Assembly (NCBI GenBank): GCA_965249135.1 | Contig: OZ252220.1 | Location: 928,001 to 992,000, forward strand | Reading direction: 5' to 3' | Source of the DNA: Alphaproteobacteria bacterium | GTDB lineage: Bacteria; Pseudomonadota; Alphaproteobacteria; GCA-2746255 | Length of the DNA stretch: 64,000 nt | Shown here: piece after piece, positions 54,198 through 64,000 of the stretch | How positions within the stretch are numbered: the stretch's first letter is position 1 | Layout: each line of letters opens with the position of its first letter | The notes under the pieces: model-generated | Databases searched by the model: none | Told to the model about the DNA's origin: nothing | What the model saw: only the letters and a program-made list of their open reading frames with translations | Made by a program: the position numbers and the translations under genes

Positions 54198-56427
54198 GGT
54201 CCGTCTCCTCCGGCGGTTTTCCTCGTGAAAGAACGACAAGCAATGCCGGCAACAAGGTGAAATCCGCAAACAGGGCGGCCGCGATCGACATGGCCGTCAA
54301 GAGGCCTAAGCTTTGATTGAGCTCGAAGGCGGAAAACGCCAGCACACCGAAGCCGGCAACCAGAATGATCGAGGTGATCACAAGCGCCGTTCCGACCGTC
54401 GCAAAAGCATAGCGAACGGCGTCCGCCGAATCCAACCCCTGCTCGCGCCTGGCGCGGAGGTATTTCGAAAGGAAATGCACGGTATCGTCGACGATGATGC
54501 CAAGGCTCGTCGCCACCACGACGGAAGCAGCTAAGCCCATCTCACCCACCACAAGCGCCCAGATCCCGAAGGTGATCACCGCGGGGATCAGGTTTGGAAT
54601 CAGACTTAATAGACCGAGCCGAATGTGGCGAAGCGCGATGATCAGCGACAGCGAAATCAACACGAAGGCCAGCGTCGTTCCCGTCAACATAGCTTTGATG
54701 TTGCGCTCGGAGATGTAGGCGAACATGACGAAGGGACCGCTTCCCTCGATATCGGCGGCTGTCGACATGTTCTTCTCAAGCCAGTCTTCCGAATTGGCCT
54801 TCAAGATGCGCGATTCCCGTGTCGTGATGTTTTTCAGCGTCGCAATCACACGCACGGAAGACTTGTCGACATTGATCTGGTTGTTGATATCCAGCCCGTA
54901 AGGAAGCGACATTTCGAACAGCAATAAATATTGCGCCGCAAGCTCGCGGATATCCGGCAGTTTGTACCAGGCCGGATCGTCGCCATGCATGTTCATGTTC
55001 AGCCGGCGCACGATGTCGGTATAGCTTTGCACATGCACGACTTCCGGCCGGGATCGAAGCCAGTTCGCAAAATTGTCCATCTCTTGAAGGTAGGCCGGCT
55101 CGTTGATGCCGCCGCTTTCTCCGGCGGGAAGCGAATATTGGACTTGATAAATGCCGGAGAGATTCTCCATCGCGAAATCGGTGTCGGCGCGGAACGGAAT
55201 GACCGGATCGAAGTAGTTGACGAACTGATCGTTCAGTTCGATCCGCGGGATCAGGGCGCCCATCGCAAGCACGAAGGCGCTCACTCCCCACAGGAACGGA
55301 TAGCGCCTGCGGATGACAAAATTCGCGAGCTTCTCCATCAAATCCGCGCTGGTGGCCCGGCGCCTGATCAGTTGGGGCGGCAGGACGGACATCAGCGCCG
55401 ACAGGAACAGGACCGAATAGACCCAGGCGGCGATGACGCCAAACGCGGTGATGTTGCCGAGGTCGCGGAAAGGGGGCGCGTCGGAGAAGTTCAGGCTGAA
55501 GAAGCCGATGGCCGTCGTCAGGCTGGTCAGGAACACCGGGTGGAAATTGATCCGCATGCTCTCCAGGATCGCTTCGCGCTTCGTCGCCCCCTTCGCCATT
55601 TGCTGGCCCATCGTGACCAGGACATGAACGCTGTCGGCGATCGCCAAGGTTAGGATAATCGTCGGTGCCGAAACGGAAGGCGGGGTTAATTGGATTCCCA
55701 ACCAGCCGGCAATCCCCATGGCGGTCGAAGCGGATAGGCCGATCACGAGAAGCGTCGCGAAGGTGCCGCTCACGGAACGCAGCAGCACCAACATGCCAAG
55801 CAGCAAATACGCCATACATCAGCGGCACCAGCTTGGTCAGGTCGTTCAGGCTGGCCTCCGTGAAGGCGTTGTTGAGCGCCGAGGGCCCGGTGATGGCGAT
55901 CTTGATGTCCGGGTGTTCGGCCCGCACGCGATCGGCCAGCGCATGGGCGGCGGCCATCGCCTTTGGCACTTCCTCGGCATTTTTTTGCGGCAACGTCAGA
56001 TTGACGTTGACGGCCGTCGTGCGCGCATCCGGCGCGATCAGCCGGTTAATCAGCAGCAGCTCGGCGAGCGCAACATCGCGCACGCGCTCCAAATCCGCCG
56101 CCGAGAGCGCGTCTGGGTGGCGTACCAGGTCCTCGACGGTAAGGTCGTCGCCTTCGGCGTAGCTGTGCTGGAAATTCGCGAGCGAATCGACGCGGGTCGC
56201 GTAAGGGATCTTCCATCCTTCGTATAGACATCCTGAAGCTCTTCGAAAGCCACGAGCTGGGGATTTTCCTTGCTGAAGAACACCCGGTAGTCGGTCGAGA
56301 AGCCAAGGTGGCGGGCACCGCTTGCGATGCCGACCGCCGCCAGCAGGGTGAGCGCCATGACCGCCCAGCGCCAGCGCAGCACCCACTCCGTGTAGCCGGT
56401 GACCGTGATGCCAAGCCTTGCGAACAT
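54163..56427 (-). pseudogene. MMPL/RND family transporter, disrupted
   Basis: AIADSVH, GIIVDDTVH; three frames, with breaks near 56215 (apparent deletion between YTKD and WKIPY) and 55812. Confidence 0.8.
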
Positions 56428-56522
56428 GTCGTTGCGCCCCTCCCGGTTTCGGATCTTCTTGACCATCCCGCCGGCCCGGCAAGGCCTGGACCAAGGCCTG
56501 GACAAGGGCCGCTGGTCGGGTG

Positions 56523-56588
56523 TAAACTAGACGGTGTAGTTTAGTCCGGTCAAACCCCCTGTCAAGGGTAAACTACACGGTGTAGTGT
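56523..56588. promoter_or_regulatory. Two palindromic TetR operators
   Basis: TAAACTAGACGGTGTAGTTTA and TAAACTACACGGTGTAGT between the divergent MMPL and tetR genes. Confidence 0.75.
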
Positions 56589-56637
56589 TTATTCCTTCCT
56601 TGGGAATTTTTGGCCCTGGGGACTTTTGGAGCACAGA

Positions 56638-57282
56638 ATGGCGGAACCCGTCCACCCCCTCGATCCCCTCGATCCGGACGACGCCCCCAGCCCGAAGCGG
56701 GAGGCGATCCTCAACGCCGGCTGCCGGCTGTTCTTGGAATATGGCTACGGCGCCGTGACGATGGACGCCATCGCGCGGGACGCGAACGTCTCGAAGCGCA
56801 CCGTCTACAGCCACTTCGCCAACAAGGAGTCGCTGTTCGCCGGCGTCATGACGGCGATGTGCGACCTGCTCGGCGACCGCGCGCTGCCGACCGAGACCCC
56901 GGAGGGCTCGCCCGAACAGGTCCTCGGGATGTTCGGGGACAAGTTCGTGAACCTGGTGACGTCGCCCAACGGCGTCGCACTTTTCCGGATCGTCGTCGGC
57001 GAGAGCGCCCGCTTCCCGGAACTGGGTGCGAGCTTCTACGCGACGGGCCCGAAACGGCTCGTCGGCGTCATCGCCGCTTACCTGAAGGAGCAGCACCGCA
57101 AAGGCACGCTCACCGTGCCCGATGCGGAGCGCGCCGCCATACAGTTCCTCGACCTCGCGAAATCGGGCGTGCATCTGCGCCTTATCCTCGGCATCGGCGA
57201 GGAGGCGACGGAGGCGGAAAAGAAGGACGCCGTCGATCAGGCGGTCGCCTTTTTCCTCCGGGCCTATGAGTTAAGGCATTAA
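56638..57282 (+). CDS. TetR/AcrR family regulator
   Basis: GYGAVTMDAIARDANVSKRTVYSHFANKESLF; ESARFPELG. Confidence 0.92.
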   Translation: MAEPVHPLDPLDPDDAPSPKREAILNAGCRLFLEYGYGAVTMDAIARDANVSKRTVYSHFANKESLFAGVMTAMCDLLGDRALPTETPEGSPEQVLGMFGDKFVNLVTSPNGVALFRIVVGESARFPELGASFYATGPKRLVGVIAAYLKEQHRKGTLTVPDAERAAIQFLDLAKSGVHLRLILGIGEEATEAEKKDAVDQAVAFFLRAYELRH

Positions 57283-57314
57283 TTTAAAAGAAGAACTTTT
57301 TTTGATTTTTTTAT

Positions 57315-58112
57315 GGACTAATTGGTCCGATATACCTATGCTCGTCAAGAATTCAGGTCGCAGCGCAGCGGCGTGTTTTTTGGATAAATCGGACCGATCG
57401 GTCCAGACTACGAAAGACCAGATTACGAAAGAAAGGAACGACCCATGGAAGCGCAACGGAGCCCAATCGAAAGCCCGACCCAAGCGGCGACGGGGCCGAG
57501 GCTGGTCTGCGTCGAGACGGAGATGGATGCGCACGAAGTGGAGGCGGCGATTGCACCCAAAGGGCGGTGGCATCGTCTTGTGAAGCGGCCCTTCGCCTGG
57601 CTCGCCATCGCCTTCGTCGTCGTCGCCGCCGGCGTCACGGTTGCGAGTCTTCTGTCCTCGCCCGGTTACCAGGTAAACGCGCGTTTCGAAAACGTCGATG
57701 GTTTGAGCGCCGGCGACGAGGTGCGCATCGGCGGCGTCAAGATCGGCAAGGTAACGAGCACGAAGCTGGATACGGAACGCTTCGATGTGCTGGTTCGTCT
57801 CAAGATCGCCCAGGACGTGAGGCTGCCTCTCGATACGGTGGCCGAGGTCAGGAGCGCCGGGATCCTGGGCACGAAATACGTGGGGCTCATCCCGGGCGCG
57901 GAGCCGGAAGCGATCGCGGCCGGTGGCGAAATCGAATTCACGGAAACGCCGCTCACCATCGAGAGCCTGATCGGCCAGGCGGTGTTCGGCAAAAGCCCGC
58001 GCCCAGCCCCTGCCTTCGAGGCGCCCTCCTTCGAAGCAGAGGTGCCGACGGGCGGTTTCAAACTTTCGGTCAAGGAGTGAGATTTTTTCGACCTAATTGG
58101 ACCGATCGGTTC
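57315..58112. promoter_or_regulatory. Three copies of a GGACCGATCGGTCC-type palindrome
   Basis: GGACTAATTGGTCC 57315, GGACCGATCGGTCC 57391, GGACCGATCGGTTC 58099; all intergenic. Confidence 0.65.
57445..58080 (+). CDS. MCE/MlaD family protein
   Basis: TM anchor, ARFENVDGL-x2-GDEVRIGGVKIG, GILGTKYV. Confidence 0.88.
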   Translation: MEAQRSPIESPTQAATGPRLVCVETEMDAHEVEAAIAPKGRWHRLVKRPFAWLAIAFVVVAAGVTVASLLSSPGYQVNARFENVDGLSAGDEVRIGGVKIGKVTSTKLDTERFDVLVRLKIAQDVRLPLDTVAEVRSAGILGTKYVGLIPGAEPEAIAAGGEIEFTETPLTIESLIGQAVFGKSPRPAPAFEAPSFEAEVPTGGFKLSVKE

Positions 58113-58301
58113 ATATGAAGCGAGAACAGGCAAGACCCATGCAAACCACAATCACCCAACGCCTGCCTTTGAACCCCGGCAAATTGCAGCGCGTCTTTCG
58201 CATCACCCTTGGCGTCGTGGTGGTTTTCCCCTGGTCCCTTTTGTTGTTCGTGGCGTCAAGCGCGAGCGGCCTTTGGGGCCTTTTTTAAAAAGGAACGCGT
58301 G

Positions 58302-58961
58302 ATGAAAGCGAATTCAACAGACGAGAAGCAGAAAGCACGAAGCGAGCATGACGAGCTCCTCTTCCTCTTGAACGCTTACGACATCTGGAGCCATACGCCG
58401 AGCGAGGTGGACGAGGAAGCGGCGGAAGACGACGAAGCGGAAGACGACGAAGCGCCCGCGAGGCTGAAGAAGAAGGGCCGCGTTCGTCAATCCATCGCCG
58501 CCGCGTTCCTGGCCTTTGCGCTTTTGCTCATCGCGCCTTCGGCAGTTGAAGCCGGTGCGATCCCGGAAGGGACGACGATCACGGCGGCGAATGTGGAGAA
58601 GCACCTTGATGCGAGCTTCGAGGGCGCGCCCCTTCGCGAGCTTCTTCCCGACGTCCTTCACTGGCAGATCCGCGAGAAGGGGCTTCAACTCACCTTGGCC
58701 CACGCGACGCCGCACGCCAAGGATCCGAAATGGGTCGCAGCCACCAACGCCAACCGGGGCACGGTCCGCCTCGATGCGGCGACGAAGCGGGTCACCGGCT
58801 GGCAGGCCGGCGCGCCTTTTCCCGAGGTCAAGCTCGACGATCCGCAAGCCGGCTGGAAGGTCGCCTGGAATCTCTTCTACGGCCGGCCGCACGGCGATTC
58901 GATCGGCAAGGCCGGCGGCCTGCTTCTGATTGCCTGGGGCGACGCCACGCTCCTCGTCTGA
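58302..58961 (+). pseudogene. DUF1329-like protein, N-terminal part only
   Basis: GTTITAANV...GAPFP...DPQAGWKVAWN; ends abruptly against the next pseudogene. Confidence 0.6.
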
Positions 58962-58976
58962 TCCTAGTAAGGGCTC

Positions 58977-60926
58977 TTATTCTGGTAGGCCGATCCGTTT
59001 GAGGAGTGATTCGAACCTGGGATCCGCACGCAGCGAGTCGCACTCCTCGGTTACCTTGAGCCATGCCATGGACCGGGAGCGCTCCTCGTAGGCTTGCTCG
59101 AGCCATGCAAATGCCTCGTCTTTTTCCCCCAAGCCCGCATGAATCGTCGCCATGTTAAAAGGTGAAACGTAGCCTTTCTTGGCAAGCACCTTCAGCTCAG
59201 CGAGCGCCTTGCGCGCCGCCTCCGCCTTTCCTGAGATGGCATAGGTGTAACCGAGGTGGGTCAAGGGCAACGCATGGCCGCCTCCTACTTCCACCGCTTT
59301 TTGAAACGCTGCGATGGCCTCATCATAGGCGCCTTTTCTCCGGTAATAGTGACCGAACCCCCAATGAACACCCCAGAAATTTGGGTCCAACTCGGCAACG
59401 TTCTCGTACAATTTCCGGGCGCGCTCGAGCTGGCCCCCTCGCATATATTGCTAACCCAGATTCACGTTCGCCGCCAGAGACAGGGGATCGATGTTCTTGG
59501 CCAGCTCGGCCTCACGGATTGCCTCTTCCTGGCGCCCCATCGCTTCCAGAAAAAAGCTGTAGAACAGCCGGGCCTGTGCATAACTGGGATTGAGTTGAAT
59601 CGCGCGCTTAAAAGCCTTCTCCGCGCCGGGCCAATCCTACTCATACTTGAGGCGGATAATGCCAAGGAAGGCATGGGGCTCGGCAAGAGAAGCACCCAAT
59701 TTTATTGCTTCGAGCACCGCTTTTTTTGCCGCCGGCAATGCCTTGCTGGGTTTAATCAGCTCGAAGCCGTGACCACCAAGAAGACAATGGCATGCGACCA
59801 TGCCCGAATAGGCCGGCGCATATTCCGGATCCTGCTTGATGGCTTGCTTAAAATAATCGATGCCTTTTCTATATCCCTCTTCGGTCAGCTTGTTGCGAAA
59901 GTAGAGTCCCTTTAGAAACGCTTCCTACGCCGCTGAATTCGCCAACAAAGCACTTTTTTGGCCAACGCCTGGCTCTGTGGCGGCTTTTCCTGAAAGCTTG
60001 GCCACGATGTGCCGGACAACGTCGTCTTGGATCGTGAGCACCTCGGCCTTATCCCGGACATAATTCTCGGCCCAGATATGCCGGCTCGTTGCCGTCTCGA
60101 TGAGTTGCAAAGAGATTCGAATGCGCTCGCCGACTTGAAACATCGCACCCTCAACGACATGCTCCACGTTCAGCTCACGGGCGATGGTTGCGATCGGTCT
60201 ATTCACATTTTTGTAGGCCATCGCAGAGGTGAGCAAAATGACGCGGACCTTCCGTTGCGTCGCCAAGCTAGTGATCAGCACACTGGTCATGCTGTCGCTA
60301 AAATAATCCAATTCCGGTTTGCCCAAGAGATTACGAAGCGGCAACACGGCAACGGAGTACTCTTGTGCCGTTTGAGCCGTTGTCGAAGAACGATCTTTAC
60401 GTGGGTCAAGCGAGCGACCATCGAACAGGAAGAAAGCCGAAGCGCCAATCAATAGAACAAGCCCAACCGCGATCATGGCGATTCGCGCCGGGGCAATGCT
60501 TGTTCTTCCCCGGGTCGTTAATGGATCGCTCTTCGACGCGCCATCCGGCTCGGGTCTACTGAAAATCGGCACGTAATTGCCGGTTGGAAGAACGATATGG
60601 ACAGGGTCGTCGCGGCCTGCATCCGCATAATATTGCTTAAGCTTTGCCCGCAACCGGCTCGCCTCGACCGGCACCACCGAACTCAACTGCGGATCAAACG
60701 AAGAGTCGCGCTCGAACACCTCTAAAGCGATCGTGTATTCCTTAAGCCCGTCCATTTGGCCGGCAAGCGTCTCCTCGACGACAAATTGTAAGAATTTCTG
60801 CAGCTGGTGCGATTGAGCGAACTCAGGTGCCGACAAAATTCGGCGCATCTGCGCCCTGATTTCGCCCGCCGGGGGATCACGCGATGGCGTTCCATCCCCG
60901 ATTGGATCGCGTTTTGGGTCGCTCAT
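58977..60926 (-). pseudogene. TolB-like/TPR signalling protein, multiply disrupted
   Basis: EYTIALEVF...SRLRAKL, SVAVLPL-x-NL, TPR tail ending LRADPRF; in-frame TAG at 59925 and further breaks. Confidence 0.8.
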
Positions 60927-61141
60927 TCGGGTTATCCCCCCCCCGATTGACCGCTTTCGGTTGCTTTTTGGGGTGATTATACGCCATATCCAGATGTAAC
61001 CGTTACATCGCCATAACTAATTAATTTCATTCATTTTTTCTTCTTATGGGCGAGGGTAGACAGATCGTTCTAGCTACGTTACTTGCCGTGAGAAACTCCC
61101 CTGCATCGGTGGAGCGCGCCAAGTTGCCGTCACGTTTGATT

Positions 61142-61214
61142 CATTTTCTCGATCCATTTTCTCGATCCATTTACTCGGCCATTTACTCGGCCATTTACTC
61201 GGCCATTTACTCGG
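61142..61214. repeat. Compound VNTR abutting the YHS gene RBS
   Basis: CATTTTCTCGATC x2, then CATTTACTCGGC x~4. Confidence 0.9.
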
Positions 61215-61227
61215 AAGGAAAATTGAC

Positions 61228-61719
61228 ATGACGATCGTTCGCAAGCTCACCGCCACCTTGACATTAATTGTCGGTCTTTTTGTTGCAACCGCTGCCATGG
61301 CCGGTCCCGATACGAACATCTCCAACGGCTTGACCTTAAAGGGCCCTGGCCTGGCGATTCACGGTTACGATGTGGTCGCCTACTTCACGCAAGGCCAGCC
61401 CACGGTCGGCGACGCACAATATTCCGTCGCCCATAACGACGCCACCTACCGTTTCTCGAGCCAGGCGCACCTGGATACGTTCAAGGGCAACCCTGAAAAA
61501 TATGCCCCCCTCTACGGCGGCTACTGCGCCTATGGCGTGTCGGTTGGCGCCAAGTTCGATGGCGATCCACATCTTTGGAAGATTGTTGACGGCGCACTCT
61601 ATCTAAACCTCAACAAGCAGATCCAACAGACTTGAAAAAAGGACATCCCCGGTAACATCGAAAAGGCCGATGAGAATTGGCGCGAGATTTCCCATAAGAC
61701 TCCCCAAGAACTGAGCTAA
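61228..61719 (+). CDS. YHS-domain protein with an in-frame TGA at 61633
   Basis: GYDVVAYF, PLYGGYCAYG, LYLN; frame continues KKDIPGNIEKADENW to TAA at 61719. Confidence 0.8.
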
Positions 61720-61730
61720 CGTCTCTAGCT

Positions 61731-61761
61731 AAACGGCAGGGTTTATCCCTGCCGTTTTTTT
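61731..61761 (+). terminator. Rho-independent terminator
   Basis: AAACGGCAGGG-ttta-TCCCTGCCGTTT followed by a T run. Confidence 0.85.
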
Positions 61762-61951
61762 TGGAAGATGCCACCCCGTGTAAGAAGCGAGATAAGCGGC
61801 AAACTCCCTTCTGCTAAATTCCCTGTTAACGGGGAATTTTTGGCGCTGACAGGTGGCTCGTCGCCGAATTTCTAACAGAATCGTGAAACATCGTGGATTT
61901 ACAGAACGCCGTCGCGTCCCCAATTATTCCGGGGAATAAGGAGACGCAACG

Positions 61952-63324
61952 ATGGTTCGGATCCTCCCGGCGGCGCTTGGACTCTTCCTTCTGTTCCTCC
62001 CCGTCTTCCTCCTTGCCCAGGACAGGACGCAGCCAAGCGAGCCGCCTGAGGCGGTTCAAGAACTGCTAGGCCAGTTGTTTACAGCCACCCCACGCCTTCG
62101 TAATGAGGCGCTCGAGGCGCTCAAGCAACGGGGCAAGACGGACGTGGTGCCCGCCTTGATCCAGGCCCTGCGTTTCGTTCCCGACGAAGAGGCCATCAAC
62201 GCAACCCTGGAAGCACTGGTCGGCGAACGGTCCGGCACGAAGTGGCCCGACTGGATGTTGTGGCAGGAGGCCCATCCCGAGATCGAGCCCTTCGCCGGCT
62301 TCGATGCGTTCAAGGCCGAGGTCATGGCCACCATCGATGAGAACTTCCGCCTCTTTCTCAGACCCGGCATCAAGCACGACATACGTCTCGAAGAAATCGT
62401 CTGGAGCGGTGTCCGCAAGGATGGGATCCCGACCTTGATCAACCTCACCCATACCGGCGCGGCGGAGGCCGGATACTTAGACGACGACGAGTTGGTCTTC
62501 GGTGTCGAGATCAACGGCGACGCCCGTGCCTATCCCTTGCGTATCCTCGACTGGCACGAAATGTTCAACGACGTGGTTGGCGCGTGCCCGTGGCGCGTGC
62601 CTATTGCACGCTCTGTGGCTCCGGCATCCTCTACGAGACCCTTCTTCCTACCCGGGCGGAACCCTTCATCTTCGGATCGTCGGGCTTCCTCTACCGGTCG
62701 AACAAGTTGATGTACGACGACCAGACCCATTCGCTCTGGAACCAGTTCACGGGCCGTCCGGTCGTCGGCCCCCTCACCGGCTCCGGGATCGAGCTCAAGG
62801 TGCGGCCGGTGGCGATCACCAACTGGAAGGACTGGTGGCGACGCCACCCAAAGACCAAGGTCCTGTCGCTGGACACCGGATACGACCGCGACTACACGCC
62901 CGGACGCCCCTACGGCGCGTACTTCGACAGCCCCGATCCGATGTTCCCTGCCCTCGTCCCGGACAAGCGGTTGCAGCCCAAAGACTATGTCTTCGCCCTG
63001 CGTGCCGGCGGCCACGAAAAAGCATGGCCGTTGACCGCCTTCGAAGATGCCACGGTGATCAACGATTCCGTGGGCCCGCTCGACGTCGTGTTGATCGGCG
63101 ACGCCGCCACCCGGACCGTCCGCGCTTACGGCGCCGACGACCGCGACTTTGCGGCAGTCGCGGACCAGCCGGACCGCGTCATCGCCGACGGCGAAACCTG
63201 GAAGGTGGAGGAGGATGCGTTGGTCGGGCCTCGGGGACAACGGCTTGAGCGCCTGGCGGGTCACATTGCTTATTGGTTCGCATGGCGGGGATTTAAGCCC
63301 GAGGCACCGCTCTACGGCGACTGA
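61952..63324 (+). CDS. DUF3179 protein with HEAT-like N-terminus; frameshift near 62580
   Basis: GVRKDGIP, ARAYPLRILDWHE, YCTLCGSG, SGFLYRSN, SLWNQ, YWFAW. Confidence 0.85.
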
Positions 63325-63456
63325 GGTGTGCCGGTCCCTTCGCCAAGTTAAAACCAGGGGTCAAGATCCCCTTGGGGTGGGATCCGCGCTTCGGTCAAAG
63401 GCCGCAGACGATGGTCGTCAGCCGTTGGGCAGAGTCCCTTTCAAAGTTCCGGTCTG

Positions 63457-63472
63457 GTTAACAATTCATTAA
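63457..63472. promoter_or_regulatory. CtrA box
   Basis: GTTAA-caattca-TTAA. Confidence 0.55.
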
Positions 63473-63648
63473 TGAATGCAACCTACCGTTGTGAGTAGGC
63501 CCCACAAAACAACTCGCAGGCACGGAGAGGGCTTGTGAGCTTGTCGTGGGCGGATCGGGGCGCTTGTCCATTCGGTTTGGCAAACTCCGCACACACGGCG
63601 TCGCCTTCAAGTACGGGGACACGTTCTTAAACTCCCTCTCCAGGGACC

Positions 63649-63741
63649 ATGGAAATGTCAGCCAGCAGCAATCCACAGCAACAGCAGCAACGGCAACTCC
63701 AGCAGCCCCAGCAGCAGCAGCCCCAGCAGCAGCAGGAATAG
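63649..63741 (+). CDS. Glutamine-rich micro-ORF (candidate leader peptide)
   Basis: MEMSASSNPQQQQQRQLQQPQQQQPQQQQE*; 16 of 30 codons are Gln, mixed CAG/CAA; purine-rich AGGGA just upstream. Confidence 0.55.
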   Translation: MEMSASSNPQQQQQRQLQQPQQQQPQQQQE

Positions 63742-63875
63742 GCTTCGCGGCGGAAACCAGAGCGGCAGGGGCCGACCTTAGGATAAGCGGCGACGCTTTC
63801 CCGCGACCGAGAACAGAAACGTCTGGATGAAGACTTAAGCGGATGCCTTTTCCCTAAGGGGCATTCACGCGTTCG

Positions 63876-63901
63876 CGCCGCTGCACCGGCGGCGTTTTTT
63901 T
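63876..63901 (+). terminator. Rho-independent terminator / candidate attenuator
   Basis: CGCCGCTG-cac-CGGCGGCG followed by T7. Confidence 0.7.
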
Positions 63902-64000
63902 GCTTTCCTGGCGCGTCCGGATGCCCCTTTACTCTGCCGCGGGTGTGAGCCTTCGATGACCTATTGTTTGGGAATTGCGACGTGCGAGGGCCTCATCTGT

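Noticed and set aside
61142-61214. CRISPR array
   Set aside because: Head-to-tail 12-13-bp repeats with no spacers, and no cas genes in the window.
61633-61635. Selenocysteine read-through in the YHS protein
   Set aside because: The TGA falls where a Trp is expected (x-W-x-x-D), the GYC Cys is a normal TGC, and no convincing SECIS hairpin was seen; a nonsense change or base-call error is more likely.
63400-63570. 6S RNA
   Set aside because: No recognisable 6S consensus and no zapA/ygfA context.
63546-63830. 94-aa Ala-rich ORF from the ORF track
   Set aside because: An alternative frame of the CAG repeat with a weak start and no recognisable domain; the ATG-initiated Gln frame is better supported, though unproven.

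Overview
GC-rich alphaproteobacterial chromosomal segment (Rhodospirillales-like, judged from cpdR next to tRNA-Val and hutG, CtrA boxes and the PleC/DivJ- and CckA-type kinases). Core genes include apt, pyk, rpmJ, cpdR, tsaC, speD/speE, mrp and amtB/glnK. Three insertions interrupt the backbone. (1) A ~17.7-kb decayed prophage/island at tRNA-Val(GAC), 9068-26789, with no integrase visible. It carries two IS3 copies, two IS21 elements, an IS6 remnant, an IS1595-derived MITE, a Fur-boxed porin/FMN-binding/PepSY/ApbE cluster and a broken Nif11-leader/dioxygenase fusion. (2) A 2.1-kb methyltransferase-nuclease cassette between 232-bp direct repeats of the tsaC 5' end. (3) An antisense group II intron inside a 10-PAS hybrid kinase. 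The best candidates for novelty are a 30-aa, 16-Gln micro-ORF followed by a terminator (possible glutamine-sensing attenuator); a halohydrin dehalogenase paired with a catalytically degenerate paralog; the Nif11-dioxygenase fusion; the tsaC cassette with paired DnaA boxes; and a 26-nt hairpin shared by the att site and hutG. Many genes are frameshifted. Some lesions look genuine and others may be sequencing errors. All calls come from reading the sequence; no database searches were run.
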